A stretch of DNA of 64,000 nucleotides from Octopus sinensis (taxonomy: Eukaryota), in contig NC_042999.1 in the NCBI RefSeq assembly GCF_006345805.1, positions 132,742,001-132,806,000 on the forward strand. The letters are read 5' to 3'. Positions 25,061-39,259 of this stretch are shown piece by piece. The notes under the pieces are model-generated. The model searched no databases and was not told the DNA's origin. It worked only from the letters and a program-made list of their open reading frames with translations. Both the position numbers and the translations under genes were made by a program. Each line of letters opens with the position of its first letter. The stretch's first letter is position 1.

Positions 25061-26224
25061 TGTCTATTGTTGTTTTTAGATGACCATTGTTGAGGAAACC
25101 ACCGAAGCGCTTGTTCAAACTGCATAAAATTATAAACATGAAAATAAAGATTATCATAAACTATTATTATTCCGTGAGAGAAATTCCAACAGAACTGCAA
25201 CATTTATCGCAATAAACAAGTCGAGGAGGTTTATCAGAAAATATTTTAATGTTGGCACCTATTATCTCTATGAAATTACCATCATACACAAATACATCTT
25301 ATTTTATACAAATCCCATGTCCAAGTGACGTAGAACGTGCTTTAAACGGCTTAAATATTGCTTAATGAGATCCAGAAAATAAAGTATGCTTTGGTAGAGA
25401 CGGGCGCTGATAACCGGGACCTTATTTTCAACCCATAATTTCATCCCATCAATGTCTATAAATGTCAAATTACTGGCAATTTCTAGAAGGATCCATCTTG
25501 ATGGTGTACAGAGAAATTGGAAAATGGAGTGTAATTAGATGCAGTGCAATATAAGATATCTATAAGCTGCTTCCACCACAAGAGCTGCACCCGAGAGTTG
25601 CAAATGATGAGACTAACTGTGATAGATGGTTTGATGTGACACTAATACAAAATTATCTAGATGCTATCTGCTCCCAAATAAATCATCATAAACTAGCACA
25701 TATGCTCACTGTTGTAGTTGTAGTTGTTGTTGTGGCTCTTGTCGTCGTTACTGATGTTCCAGTTGTTAGTTTTTCTTGTTACTGCTACCATCGTTGTCGT
25801 TAATATTGTCGTCGTCGTCGTTGTTGTTGTTGTTGTTGTTCTTGCTGTTACAGCAATTCTTTTCATCTTGATGATTTTGAGAAATAAACACCTCCCTCAG
25901 CTTAAAGCTGCTGCAGCTGCTACTGTAAATTCTTCTTCTTCTTCTTCTTCTTCTTCTTCTTCTTCTTCTTCTTCTTCTTCTTCTTCTTCTTCTTCTTCTT
26001 CTTCTTCTTCTTCTTCTTCTCCTAGAAATATTTGCTATATCTTTATTGCTAAAAAGATATTAGCAATATCTTTATTATTCCATGTTTTATTCCAATATCC
26101 TTTTTTTCAGTTTTTTTTTCTTCTCAAAACGAGATATTTCTGCTTCGGTCAAATTACGCTGAACAGTGCGTTGTTGGTTGACTGTCATTTCCCAGGAATA
26201 TTTGGTCTATACTAGTACTCTTCA

Positions 26225-26420
26225 GAGTTTCTTTCAATCGGAATAAAACGACAACGTAGGAAAGACTGAACAATTCACCTCACAACCAGCACCTACAATC
26301 AAATGCGATCCTTGCAATAGGTTGTTTAGAGCAAGAATTGAGCTTATTATCCCATACAGCACATATGACCCTCTTCTCCCTCCGGCCGAAATGTACTAAA
26401 TACTCGGAAACGAGACTTTG
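26225..26420 (+). mobile_element. RTE LINE 3' end relic
   Basis: APTIKCDPCNRLFRARIEL resembles the C-terminal C2H2 motif of RTE/BovB ORF2. Confidence 0.55.
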
Positions 26421-26499
26421 TCAAAAAAGAAGAAAGACGACGACGATTTCTTAATGATTTCAGAAACCTAAATTTAAAACGTTTATAGATCAGGATAAC

Positions 26500-26915
26500 A
26501 TCTAAGGTTGTTCAGATACAAAAGATATGCGGCCCATATAATATCAGGACAGTATTCAAGAGTAATACAACACTTCACAAATATTTCCTTCCAGTAAAAC
26601 CACCAATAGAAGATGATATAACCAAAGACTGCGTACTCCATACCATGCAGTTGTTGTAGTTTATACAAAGGCGAAACATCCCGTCCCCTCAAAACAAAGC
26701 TGTGACACGAGGAGATATTGATAAATCGGGTATAACTGATCATGTATGGAAAAACGAAGACCACCTCCCCTTGTGGGATGAAGCTAAAATAAGACAGAGA
26801 GAATATGAAAACTAGCAGAGGCAGCACATATGTTAGGACATAATAACCTCGTAAACAGAACTAGTGCAGATATGAGTAGCATATGGGAACCGGTACTAAG
26901 GAAGTACAGGGAAAT
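26500..26915 (+). mobile_element. Penelope-like GIY-YIG endonuclease relic
   Basis: QKICGPYNIRTVFKSNTTL...DCV/YSIPCSCCSLYKGETSRPLK...KSGITDHVWK...EAAHM; frameshifted. Confidence 0.8.
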
Positions 26916-26951
26916 ATTAGATTTATAAGCCCTAAAATTCGCACCATAATT

Positions 26952-27023
26952 GCCCAGTGGTAGTGGTTAAGAGTGCGAGTTACTAACCCCAAGATTCCGA
27001 GTTCGATTCCAGGCAGTGACCTG
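26952..27023 (+). mobile_element. tRNA-derived SINE head / tRNA pseudogene followed by (AAT)n
   Basis: A-box-like TAGTGGTTAAGAG, B-box GAGTTCGATTCC at 26999-27010. Confidence 0.5.
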
Positions 27024-27099
27024 AATAATAATAATAATAATAATTAATTCTTTTTATTGGCCACAAGGGCTAATATGGGGCTACTTGTCACACGGCTAA

Positions 27100-27370
27100 A
27101 ATGACTCAAGATTTGTTGGTTGAAGCATTAAAAAGCTTCGATGGCCAAACCAGTCTCCATATAGAAACCCTATTGAACACATCTGGGACATAATGAACCG
27201 GGCACTTCATAAAAACAACAAGAAAGTCTCTTCAAAAGCCAGATCTTTTGAAATTACTGCATGAAACTTGGTAAGAAATTCCCCAAGAGAATATTCGTCA
27301 TCTGATCAGTAACATGCCTGATAGGGTCCTTGCATTGAAAAGTGGAAAAGGCATGTCTACCATATATTAA
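27100..27370 (+). mobile_element. Tc1-like transposase C-terminal relic
   Basis: WPNQSPYRNPIEHIWDIM...IPQENIRHLISNMPDRVLALKSGKGMSTIY (WPSQSPDLNPIE motif). Confidence 0.85.
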
Positions 27371-27554
27371 ATATTCACATTATAACAATTGATAAATAAC
27401 GTGAAAGTATAATTTCAGATTTATACAAATTTTAATGATTATAAGGATGTCTATTTACTTCTGTCGTGTGTGTGTATATATATTTGTATAAGATCTAAGT
27501 GATATGATATATATATAAAAAATGTAATATATAAATAAATATCTGTAAATATAA

Positions 27555-27853
27555 ACCATCCGATCTTCTGATTACCTCATTTCTTCTAATATATAATACC
27601 TGTACATCATCTCCAAACCTTCCAATATATATATATATATCTGTATTTACTGCATTTTTTGTAGCTTATTAAAGATGTCCTCGTACGAAACAATTGTACC
27701 GAGATTTTAATCCATTCTTGTTGCTTTTTTCCTATTTGTAATCACCCCACTTGTCGTATGGTTAACACCATATAGATTTCCGGTGCATCCTAGTTAAGGA
27801 CCATATTCATGTGAATTGATTAGAATTCACTTGAATCTCAATTACTTAAACCG
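27555..27853 (+). mobile_element. Penelope-like 3' end with partial hammerhead
   Basis: GAAACAATTGTA and AATCACCCCA..TATGG..ACCATA..TCCGGTGC shared with the 35036-35720 element. Confidence 0.5.
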
Positions 27854-28139
27854 TATATATATATATATATTATATATATAGATATATGTATGTAGGCATA
27901 TATATATATATATACATATATACACACACAGATATTGATTATTAGATGGATATATGTATGCGTACCAAGGCAACTGTAAACATTCATGAATTCTTTGTAT
28001 GTATGCACGCAGGCATAATGCATGCATAATCACATGCATACATACACACATACATACATGCATACATACATGCATACATACATACATACATGCATACATA
28101 CATGCATGCATACATACATACATACATACATAAAATATT

Positions 28140-28560
28140 TTACCAACCAAATGGAAAGGGCGTTCCGTCACAACCTTCAGCAGCAGCCACGACCCGACTC
28201 TCCTTAGGATTTCTTTATGTGTGACATGGTCCCGCCAGATGACCCTTAGGCTTCCTTTGAGATACCTTTGATGAACTACATTTAGTTTCCCATCCGTCCC
28301 CAACACGTTCCCCCAAGTCTTGCACACACAGATTGTAACGATAGGATAATGTAGAGGAAACTTCACAACAGTGCTGACGTCTGACGCCGCCGGATGGAAC
28401 GCTTATATTGGAACACTGCTGTCCCTTTTACAATACCGCAGGTCCATGGCCAACCCGCCCCATAAAAAAACTGCCCAGATAGCTGTACACCTGAGAAGAT
28501 TATGGCATCTGGTTATGTGACAAACTGCCTCAACATCAGTCCCGTGAAGTCAGACTTTAC
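28140..28560 (-). mobile_element. RTE LINE relic
   Basis: KLNVVHQRYLKGSLRVIWRDHVTHKEILRRVG...ERPFHLVGK. Confidence 0.7.
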
Positions 28561-28915
28561 TTAAACCAAAAGGATACGGCTCATTTGAAGTTATAATTAC
28601 AGGCTATTACAAGATCCGAAAAAGGTATGTAAAACACTCCGGATGTTTAGTCTGTAATAAGTGTGAAAACACAGATATAAGACAAAAGAACGTATAGGTA
28701 TGATAACAAGCATATATCAAAACATGGATACCCACCCACGCAATAACATCCCAGCTTCTACACACATATATATGTACGTAGATCATACATACATTACTGT
28801 AGTTGTATACCTGCATACATGTATGCATACATGTATAACATTTGTCTGTGAGAGTGAGTGTGTGTACGTGCATGCACCCGCGTATTTGAACGTGTTTTTA
28901 CGAAGTTAAAGCATA

Positions 28916-28991
<76 letters not shown>

Positions 28992-29121
28992 TACATAAAT
29001 ATACACACATATATATGTATGTATGTCAGTATGTATAAGGTGTATATATGTATATATATATGTATTTAATTTATTGTTTGTATATATATAAACATACAAG
29101 CACTTATACACAATATATACA

Positions 29122-29172
<51 letters not shown>

Positions 29173-29834
29173 ATATATATGTATGTATGTCTATATACAT
29201 GCATTTATTTATCTATTTATTTACATACACACATACGTACATACCTACATACATATATACATATGGCACGTCGTTTAAGGGATCATATAATTATATACAC
29301 ATGTTCATACACACACACATATAAACGTATAGACTCGCACCCCACCCACCCACGCACTCATCCACACACGTACAAACATCTAGACACTTTACAGGAAGAG
29401 AAAGGTTACCGCTAATTAATAAATGTCAATAGTTAGAAGGTGTGAAGTAATAAAGGTGTAAAGTAGAGCAACAATCCTGAAGAGATAACTTAATATACTT
29501 TGTCAATCTCGTTTCCACCTGTCTGCTGCCATGTCCAATCACGTATAACAACACATCCATCATAAATACACCTAACTTCCTGACAATTTTCGCCGCAAGC
29601 TGGCTCACTCTTCCCTATTCTTAACCACTATTTGGTTTTATTGATTGCACATGGAAAGAGAACGTTTCCCGTTCAGAGATATATAGCAGAGGACTTTGGT
29701 GTTGTGTCATTGAAGCCCCACCCCCGCCTCTCTCTCTCCCTTTCTCTCTCTCTCCCTTTCTCTCTCTCTTTCTGTCTATCGCTTTCCTTCTCTCTCTCCT
29801 TTTCTCTCTCTCTCTCTCTCTTTCTTTCTCTCTC

Positions 29835-29868
<34 letters not shown>

Positions 29869-30296
29869 TCTCTCTCTTTCTCTCTCTCTCTCTCTCGCTC
29901 GCTTGCTTGCTCTCTTGTCTTTCTCTCTCTCCCCATCTCTCTTTATTGCTCAATAGAATTAATGGTGTAATTGATGGGAAGTGACCTCAAACGGGAATCG
30001 AAACCGTGTCACTCATCCTGATCTCTTCACCCTTCTAAACCAGTAGCTACTTTTATTGATTTCACATTGTGACAGAACCCATTCACGTAACACGAATTTG
30101 AATGGGCTTTACTGCTTTGACGTTCTAGCTTTGTTTCTATCTGACTCCCTCCCTCCCTCTCTGTCTGTCTGTCTATCCCCCCTCTCTCTCTCTCTCTCTC
30201 CCTTTCGTCTTTTCTTTGTCCCTCTTTCTTTCACACTCTGTTTCAGTCTCCCTTTCCTCTTCTTTTATTTTGTCTCTGTCTATCTGTCTGTCCATC

Positions 30297-30349
<53 letters not shown>

Positions 30350-30583
30350 AATTAATTAACAACGCTAATTGATAGTTCATAATGGAAACCGATTTCCACC
30401 GGGAATTGAAATACTGAAACGATCTCTGTTCACCACGTCTCTAATACGACGCGAGCAATACTTAAACCATTGTTGTAAACATCTTGTGAACTTAGTCTGC
30501 GTGCGATCTGGGTTCAATTCTTTGCCACGGAAAAATCACTCTCTTTAGGAAAGATTCATATACTATACAACAAAGTTGTTAAT

Positions 30584-30584
30584 G

Positions 30585-30631
<47 letters not shown>

Positions 30632-30693
30632 GTTGCTGCTGCTGCTGCTACTACTACTACTACTACTACTACTACTGCTACTGCTGCTACTGT

Positions 30694-30734
<41 letters not shown>

Positions 30735-30739
30735 ACTAC

Positions 30740-30773
<34 letters not shown>

Positions 30774-30800
30774 ACTACTACTTCAACTACTACTACTGTT
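30584..30800. repeat. (CTA)n/(AAT)n array
   Basis: Direct reading. Confidence 0.95.
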
Positions 30801-30904
30801 GCTGCTGCTGTCGTTGTTATTTAGTCCCGCAGATGTAGTATTCCAAATTTTGTTATAAGATATATGTTGTACGTAGATTATGTGATAGTTAAAATATTTT
30901 GTAT

Positions 30905-31620
30905 CTATCTAGGTCGTCCCACAGGACTCCCCAAGACTGTTTCCACACGTTTTCCACTTTCATCTCGATCTTCGATAATGATCCTCAGCTCCTGTACCCC
31001 TTCCATACCCGTATCTTCCAGCAAGTTGTCGATATAGATCGTCTTCCCCCTTCCTCTCTTGGTTCTTCCTTCTGTTGGTTGCCTGAGCACTAGCTTGTTA
31101 GCAATTTCATCGGTGTGTCTGATGCAGTTTCCAGTTAGCCTCATTCTTCTATGCTGTATCTTCAGTGTTACTTTTGGTAGTCCATGGTATAAGTCGGCGT
31201 TTGTTGTATGACTCTTTCAAGAGACATTGAGTGCCATTCTAAGCATCCTCGTATAACAACCATCCAACTGCTTCTTCAATGCTTTAGTAAGCGTCCATGT
31301 TTCAGCCCCGTATGGAAAAACAGACTCCACCGTTGCCAGAAACAACCCCACTTTCAATTTCCTTGCTAACTTTGAACTCCATACCTTTCTCAATTTATGG
31401 CATGTGCTCCAAGCAAGAGGTTTCCTTGTTACAATGTCTTTTTCAGTACTTTGTGTCTACACACCAAGGTATTTGAAATTTTCAACTACTTTCAGAGACT
31501 TACTGTCTCTCACTTTCACTGACACTGACATTTCGTGGTTGAATACTTGCAGTTGTATTTTCTTTGCGTTGCAGCACAATCCTACCTTCCTCGATTCCTC
31601 TTTTAATCTGCTCAGCATCT
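30905..31620 (-). mobile_element. RTE LINE ORF2 C-terminal relic
   Basis: FKYLG, LFLATVESVFPYGAETWTLTKALKKQLDGCYTRMLRMAL, MRLTGNCIRH...RGRGKTIYIDNL. Confidence 0.9.
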
Positions 31621-31629
31621 GTGCCCGAT

Positions 31630-32040
31630 CTGTCGTCTTTACGTTCTGAGTTCAAAAGCCGACGGAGTCGAATTTGCCTTTCATCTTATCAGGGTCGATA
31701 AAATAGGTACCAGTTGAGCACTGGGGTTGATTTACTTGACTTACCCACTCCCCCGAAATTGACCTTGTGCCAAAATTTGAAACCAATATTTCTTAACAGA
31801 ATAAGGCGGATAGCTGGTAGAAACGTTAGCACGTCGAGCGAAATGCTTTGCCGTCTTTCGTCTGCTGTTACGTTCTGAGTTCAAATTCCGCCGAGGTCGA
31901 CTTTGCCTTTCATCCTTTCGGGGTCGATAAATTAAGTACCAGTTACGCACTGGGGTCGATGTAATCGACTTAATCTGTTTGTCTGTCCTTGTTCGTCCTC
32001 TCTGTGTTTAGCCCCTTGTGGGTAGTAAAGAAATAGGTAT
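31630..32040 (+). mobile_element. Two tandem SINE family B copies (partial 31630-31790; full 31805-32040)
   Basis: GAGTTCAAATTCCGCCGAGGTCGACTTTGCCTTTCATCCTTTCGGGGTCG. Confidence 0.85.
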
Positions 32041-32757
32041 TTTGTGGCCAGTCAATGTATATACGTTTGTCTATTGTTTATCCCCTTCATACTGTTAATT
32101 CCTCGAAATTTTTTTCTGTCACTTATCGGATTCATGACGAGAGAAAAATTTTGAAATTTCATATTTGATCAAACCATTTTGATATTCACTGATACGAAAT
32201 TTAAAATTACACCATATCAACAAGCAAGTAGGCCGAGAGGCTTGAAATGAATTACATAATTTAAGAGAGGATGGAAAATAAATTGGTGTCATTAAATATA
32301 AATGGGTCGTTGATATTCATTTAGGAAACTTTCCATCAAACATTATACGTTGAATTTTATGAAATATTCTATGAATTATTTATTAAACAATCCATCAATG
32401 AAACGTAATTTGTTGAATCTTATGTAAGATTATGTAACATTTATGAAAAATCATAAAGTATCCATGAAACTTCCACGAAAAACATCCGTTTATGAAAATC
32501 TTTGGATCATTTATGAACCTCTTTGAAACGTAATTTGTTCATAAAACATAAATAAATCGTCAAGAGTGTCAACATTACGACCAGATCAACAGGCTGGTTA
32601 TAGACATCATGTATCAAAAAAGTATCTGTTAACCTTATAATTGTTGTAGTGTGACGAGCTATTAAATTCAACACTCACACCAATATGCACGTATGTGCAT
32701 ATATATATATATGTATGTATACACACGCGCGCATGCGCATATATACAATATACATGC

Positions 32758-32968
32758 TCTTTTCTTATTTTGGTACAAGGTCAGTATTTCTGGGGCGTAG
32801 AGAAGCCGATTAAATTGACCCCAGTGCTCAACTAGTACTTATATATGAAAGGCAAAGATGAAAGGCAAAGTCGACCTTGGCGGAATTTGAACCTAGAACG
32901 TGAAGACGAACGAAATTCCGCTAAGCATTTTGTTTGACGCTGTAACAAATCTGCCAGCTCGTCGCCTT
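32758..32968 (-). mobile_element. SINE family B
   Basis: GATGAAAGGCAAAGTCGACCTTGGCGGAATTTGAAC...CCAGCTCGTCGCC. Confidence 0.8.
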
Positions 32969-32984
32969 ATATACTTATATATAA

Positions 32985-33380
32985 CTAGCAGTATCGCCCG
33001 GCGTTGCTCGGGTTTGTGAGGGAAATAACTATATAAGCATTTTTAGAGATGCAAAGTATAATAGCCATCTCAATATGGCTAACCACAAAGGGGGGGGGGT
33101 TACTGTAGCTTTTTACGTTCTGAGATTTAATAATACATTTTTAGAGAGTCACTTCCCTTATATATGCCAAAAATGCATTAAAATGGAAAAAAATGATGGT
33201 AAATTTTATTTAAAATCGTAGACTCATCGTAGACGCGCGCTAATACCCAGAACGGCTCGATATGAATCACGACCATAAGATACCCGCTTTTGGTTAAACT
33301 GCACCGCAAAATGTGGGAGTAGTTAGGAATCTAAATCGTAGGGGACAGACACCACACAACCTCACTTTTATATATATAGA
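32985..33380 (-). mobile_element. Non-autonomous Helitron (396 bp)
   Basis: Minus: 5' TC...3' hairpin CCCGAGCAACGCCGGG then CTAG; inserted between A and T. Confidence 0.85.
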
Positions 33381-33534
33381 TGAGAAAAAAAAAGACACGG
33401 TCGTGAACTTGCTAGTCCTTTATTATATCTGTTAAATATGTTTCGGTATTCAGTAATTAAATGATGTCACATTATTGATGCAATGCATAGATACAGCTTG
33501 TGCAGCATACTTAATCAAAACTGGGCACTTCATT

Positions 33535-33912
33535 GGCTGTGTGGTAAATTGTTTACCAACCACATGGTTCCAATTTCAGTCCTCCAGCGTGGCACCTTGG
33601 GCAAATGTCTTCCACTATAGCCTCGGGCCGGCCAAAGCTTTGTGAGTGGATTTGGTAGACGGAAAATGAAAGAAGCCCGTCGTATATATGTATATATATG
33701 TATGCGCGTGTCTGTTTGTGTGTCTGTGTTTGTCCCCCTAGCATTACTTGACAACCGATGCTGGTGTGTTTATGTCCCCGTCACTTAGCGGTTCGGCAAA
33801 AGAGACCGATAGAATAAGTACTGGGCTTACAAAGAATAAGTCTCGGGATCGAGTTGCTCGATTAAAGGCGGTGCTCCAGCATGGCCGCAGTCAAAATGAC
33901 TGAAACAAGTTA
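33535..33912 (+). mobile_element. SINE family A, near full length
   Basis: All diagnostic blocks present. Confidence 0.9.
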
Positions 33913-33997
33913 AAAAAAAAATGTGAGTATCATTTTGCCCTACAATTCTTTTGGCGCCGCACCATTGTAGAGGTTTATTTGCAGAATATGCTAAAAA

Positions 33998-34407
33998 GCG
34001 TGGCTGTATAGTAAGAAGGTTGCTTCCCATCCACATGGTTCTGGATTCAATCCCACTGCGTGGCACTTTGGGCAAACGTCTTCTACTATAGCTTCGGGCC
34101 AACCAAAGTCTTGTGAGTGCATTTGATAGACGGAAACTGAAAGAAGCCCCTTGTATATATATATGTATAAGTTAAAGAAAAACAACTATTAGGTCATTCA
34201 AACAATGATAGACATAAGCCATATCATATAGAAAAAATAAAATATATGATAAAAAAACTTATCTAGATCACAAAAAGTACATAATAATAAATAAACACTA
34301 TATAATAAGTAAAAAGACTACGTAAGTTTCGTGACTATAACTTCAATTCGAATTACAATTAAATTTAAATTTAATCCAAGTAAATTTGGAGTTATACTTC
34401 CTAATAT

Positions 34408-34443
<36 letters not shown>

Positions 34444-34632
34444 GTGTGTGTGTGCGTGCGTGTGTTTGACCTCCACCTATCGCTTGACAACCGTCGTCAG
34501 TGTGTTTAAGTTCCCGTAATTTAGCGGTTCTGCAAAAGGGGGCGATAGAATAAGTACCAGTACCGGGGTCGATTTCTTTCAGTAAAAATTTTCAAGGCGG
34601 CGCCCCGGTATGACTGCAGTCACATGATTAAA
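33998..34632 (+). mobile_element. SINE family A split by a Penelope-like insert (34165-34410)
   Basis: 5' half 33998-34152, 3' half 34455-34632; insert related to 61682-62010, with minus-strand GAAACTTACGTA. Confidence 0.7.
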
Positions 34633-34771
34633 AGAAGGTAAAGATAAAAAGAATTGCAGTTACAAGAGAGTAAGAGAGAGAGAGAGAGAAGTCGAGATTC
34701 ACTTTGTTGGATTCCAATAAATTATACTGTCACACGAACACACGTATTTTTACATAATTCTTTATGTTTGA

Positions 34772-35000
34772 ATTGTTTCATTTGTGAAAGTGCGGCCATG
34801 CTGGGGCACTACTTTGAAGAGTTTTTAGTCTTATGAATTTATCCCAATCCACTTTTTTTTCTCTTTGTTAATCCTGTACTTATTCTCTCGGTTTCTTTTG
34901 CCTAACCGCTAATTTATGTGGACATGAGGATAGCAACACCCGTAGTCAAGCGGTGGTGGGGGACGAACACAAACATAAAGACACACAGACGCACACACAT
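34772..35000 (-). mobile_element. SINE family A 3' half
   Basis: GCGGCCATGCTGGGGCAC...GTCAAGCGGTGGTGGGGGAC. Confidence 0.75.
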
Positions 35001-35035
35001 ACACACAAGTACACACACACACACACACACACATA

Positions 35036-35715
35036 TATAATCAAAATAAGCAACAAGGATATCCAAGGTAGTGTATTACAATTGTTTCATGCTACTTAAT
35101 TTTATTAAACGCTGTAAGTATTACATCAGTTTTAAAATGTCGAGCAATCTTCAGCCACATATAGAATTTTTTAATTAAACGGACAATGCACATTCTTATA
35201 CTTATTTCATTTGCCAGCATTACAAAGAGGGTAGATATTTAGACAGAGAGGTTAATTTCATCATTAAGAACAGTGGTAGTATGTTCTTCTCCATCTGTAG
35301 ATTTTTTATCACTGAGTTCACTTTGTTATTTAGATCTATCAGTGGGGAGGGGGTTTCTATTCTTGGTTCAATGGAGACAAACAAGAATTTTTTTCTATTT
35401 ATAGATTCTCCATGTCTATATATCTACCTTCTTTGTAATGTTGGCAAATGAAATAAGTATAAGAATGTGCATTGTCCATTTAATTAAAAAATTCTATATG
35501 TGGTTGAAGATTACTCGACATTTTAAAACTGATGTAATACTTACAGTATTTAATAAAATGAAGTAGCATGAAACAATTGTCCTACACTACCTTGGAAATA
35601 TTTGCTGCTTATTTTGATTATAATCACCCCATTTGATTTATATGGATAATACCATACAAAATTCTGGTGCCTTTAACTTAAGTAACGTATTCGTCTGAAT
35701 CTAAATTTTGCTGAA

Positions 35716-35720
<5 letters not shown>
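35036..35720. mobile_element. Foldback Penelope-like element, ~215-bp arms, hammerhead in each arm
   Basis: 35036-35250 vs 35408-35623 inverted; arm consensus TGTGG CTGAAGA...GAAA CAATTG TC CTACA (35072-35159 minus; 35499-35586 plus). Confidence 0.8.
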
Positions 35721-35779
<59 letters not shown>

Positions 35780-35904
35780 CATACATACATATATACACAC
35801 ACATACACATATACTAAACTAATACATCTGCTTGCTGTTCCTATACCTTCGTCTTTCGTTTTCTGTAAATGTGAAGCATATATATTATCTGTATGAGTAT
35901 ATAT

Positions 35905-35966
<62 letters not shown>

Positions 35967-35994
35967 GTGTATGTATGTACGTATATATATATAT

Positions 35995-38231
35995 ATATAA
36001 GATCCATTCTGTTTGTGCGCTTATAATTCGAGTGTTGTTCATCCGATCGCGCTGAAATTTTAAACATGGATACATGAGACAGCGTAATCTGAAAAGATTT
36101 TCAAAATTATTAGTTTCAAAATGAGAATCGCTATTTTTGTAATCTTTTTTTCCTGTCTGTTTTGCCATTAAAAGCAACGTGTTTGCTCAGACAGCCGGCA
36201 CATACCATTTCGCGAGCAACAAAGGGAATGCAGGATGACAGTCAGCCAAAACCGTCGCTATGCTGTCTCTCTTTTTTCCTCTCTTTGTCTCTCTAATGAT
36301 GCCCGATTCTACTTGAAGTTGTATATATATTGTGTTAAGATTCGTTATCCATCAATTATCCTTATTGAGAAGAACGAGTCAAAAGTAACCACCACATACA
36401 ATCACTAAACATCTCCACTACTTAACACCGTCCAAGTTTGGAGTTAATAATCTTAAGCTTTAGTTACAGTTTCTCATTAAAGCTACATAATAGGCAGAAT
36501 TGTTGGATTAAGACAGTAGGGTGGTTTGAGGGAGATTTTGCTGCTAATTCTACCAGGTCTAGCTACCATGTAGAGGTCTCCCTCATTGGCTCATACATAC
36601 ATATATACATACATATATACATAAAAACGAATGAAAATACTTAAAGCAACAGTCGTCAAATATAAAAGCCAAAGTCCATGCTGTGGCACGGGCCAAATAA
36701 AATTCCAACTTCTTCCCTAATGTGAGCCCAGAGCAATCTCCTATCTCTTGCACTGTTTCAGTATTACGTTTCTATTGTAATGTGAGATAATACTTTCAGT
36801 TTGTCATATATATATATATATATATACCTTATGCATTCCAAAACCGAGTTACAGATTTTGACGTATGGTGTATCAAAAGATTCAGTACTATTTCGGCTAC
36901 AAATTAAACTTAATTTCCATTCACATATTTGTATTTGAAAAAATTAACGTTATAAACTTTTCCATAAATCAACTATTATAAGCATTTTATACGATGACAT
37001 CACGTTTTCTATATGTGTGTGTACCTTAAAAGACATCAATCATCATGAAACACACCTTCACTCACTCGCTCACTCTATTTCTCTTTTTCACTCTCTTTCT
37101 CTCACTCACATATATGCTCATGCACGCGCGCGCACACACACTCACACGCGTCCATTTCATATAGACGTACATTTATCTTTCACTTTCTTTCTCTGTACTT
37201 TTCGCTTTCACTTCTTTCAATTTCTGCTAACTTCAAATAAATTTTTACAGAATGAGCGAGAGAAACACAGAAAAGACGTAACCTCTCCAGAAACAAGTAT
37301 AAAACAAGGAGGATTGTAGAAAACCGAAGGCAAGTGTCTGAAGAGAGATGAGATTTTCTCAAGATCAGCAAATGCATGTTGCAGCACTTAATGCTGGATC
37401 ATTAAATCAATGTTTTAATAATTAGAAAGAGGTCCAGTAGAATAGCTCTCAGAAACAGACGACATACAAGTTCTTCACAACTCCTGAAGCTGTTTTCAGA
37501 TATGATCTATCCCATTCTTATAAAAATGATAACTCTGTCCAAATTGGTGTGCTAAACGCAAATTGTTGTTTCTGTGGAGCTTTAAATTTTTCAGATGAAA
37601 CGAATGGTATGTGATGTTCAGGCGATCAGGTAACATTGTCAGCATTACCAGCTCCTTCTCAACCTCTTATGGATCTTCTAGAAAGCACTTCCATCCAGTC
37701 AAACGATTTTCTGAATAATATCAGACAATACAACTCTGCATTTCAAATGACATCGTTTGGTGCATTTAAGAAGATAGATAAACATGAATTTTCGCCGACG
37801 TCAAAGTTCAAGGGCAAGTCTATTAACTCATTGGTTCCTTGTTACCCACAAATGAACAACCACAGTTCCTCCAAATTTACTTTATGAGTGATGTAGGAAA
37901 ACAACCCCGAAGGAGGGGTTAAAATTTCAGATGATGGGTCGTGTTAGACACAGCGCCGACTGCTGCAAAAGAGAGTATATCCACTGGCAGCTTTTCGGTG
38001 CGTTAAAAAATCACTTAACCCCTACCTCCAATTTTCCATGACAGGTTAGGGTCTGAAATACTCCAGACGGACGCATAGCATGTTGCTTAGTCGAATTAGT
38101 CCAGTATTTACTCCACAAATGTTTTGTTGTCAATGCTGCATTTTCCCATATCACCTGTTTCGACATAACTAATATATTATATACAAAACTATGCCATTTT
38201 AATCCCGAGCAACGCCGGGTATCTCTGCTAG
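35995..38231 (+). mobile_element. Composite/deleted Helitron with Rep fragment
   Basis: Helitron-type 5' end, 3' hairpin CCCGAGCAACGCCGGG and CTAG (38228-38231); 5' boundary uncertain. Confidence 0.6.
37525..37890 (+). pseudogene. Helitron Rep/helicase N-terminal fragment
   Basis: CCFCGALNFSDETNGM*CSG...FLNNIRQYNSAFQMTSFGA...FKVQGQVY..IGSLLP...PQFLQIYF. Confidence 0.85.
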
Positions 38232-39259
38232 TATGTATATATATATATATATCTGTATGAATATATATATATAATAAATGCACAAATGTACTGCAAACAG
38301 GAGCGAGAAACAGGCAAATGTATATGTCCCACCTACAAACACACGCAAAGAAACAAGTCAATGTGTAAGTGTGTCTGAAATTTTTAATGTATTGTTGGCC
38401 TCTCTCCTTTGTCGGCTATGAAATGTTTCAAATTACTGTATATCTGACAGCCTTTCCTACCCTGAAATTATAGGCTTTTCGATATTCTTCTTCACACCTC
38501 CCCATAACCGTTGTTTGTTGATTCGGCACCGAACCGAGAAGCATTGTCATAACCATATTTATAAACGTTTTGATTTTTCTGTTAGGAAATTAAAGGTTCC
38601 GCCATTTTTTTTTTACGCCGATATTAATGAATAGAAATTATATTGTTTAAAAATGTGCGTTTTTTTCCCTTCTTCTAAAAGTTTATTGCTTTCGCTACTG
38701 ATATTTTACACATCCACCAACGCTGACATCAATGCCATAACGATACAGTCTTATACACTCTAAATCTTTCCCTCTCACAAAACAACAGACACAACAACAG
38801 TTTTATCATATTTTCTTTCTCACCAATAGTTTTATCATATTTTCTTTCTAATCATTCCTCGGTTGCTTTACAATTCAGAAAAAAAAATGATGGGAGGGCA
38901 TGTAAGACATAAACACGTGAGGCGACTAATAATTGCTTGGGTTGAAAACGGTTAGTTTAAAGATTTCTTTCCTTTGCACCGCTGGCAATTTTATTTTTCT
39001 AGAAATCTTTTAAATTATAGTGAGCATTTTCTGTCTTCACTTTTTCATGTCTTTGATTTTCTTCACTTCTGACGAATAAGAATATCAGTATTTATCCAAG
39101 TTACATATCTAGATGAGATTTAACAGACATGCAAAAATCATAGTATAATACCAAAAGAGAGATATCATACGCCTACAAAACTATGTACATCTTTCAATAA
39201 ATAGTTTTGTAGTTAATCGACTTGATACGTACATAATAAATAGGAATATATATATATAT

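Noticed and set aside
26952-27023. Functional tRNA gene
   Set aside because: Acceptor stem does not pair and an (AAT)n tail follows; SINE-like
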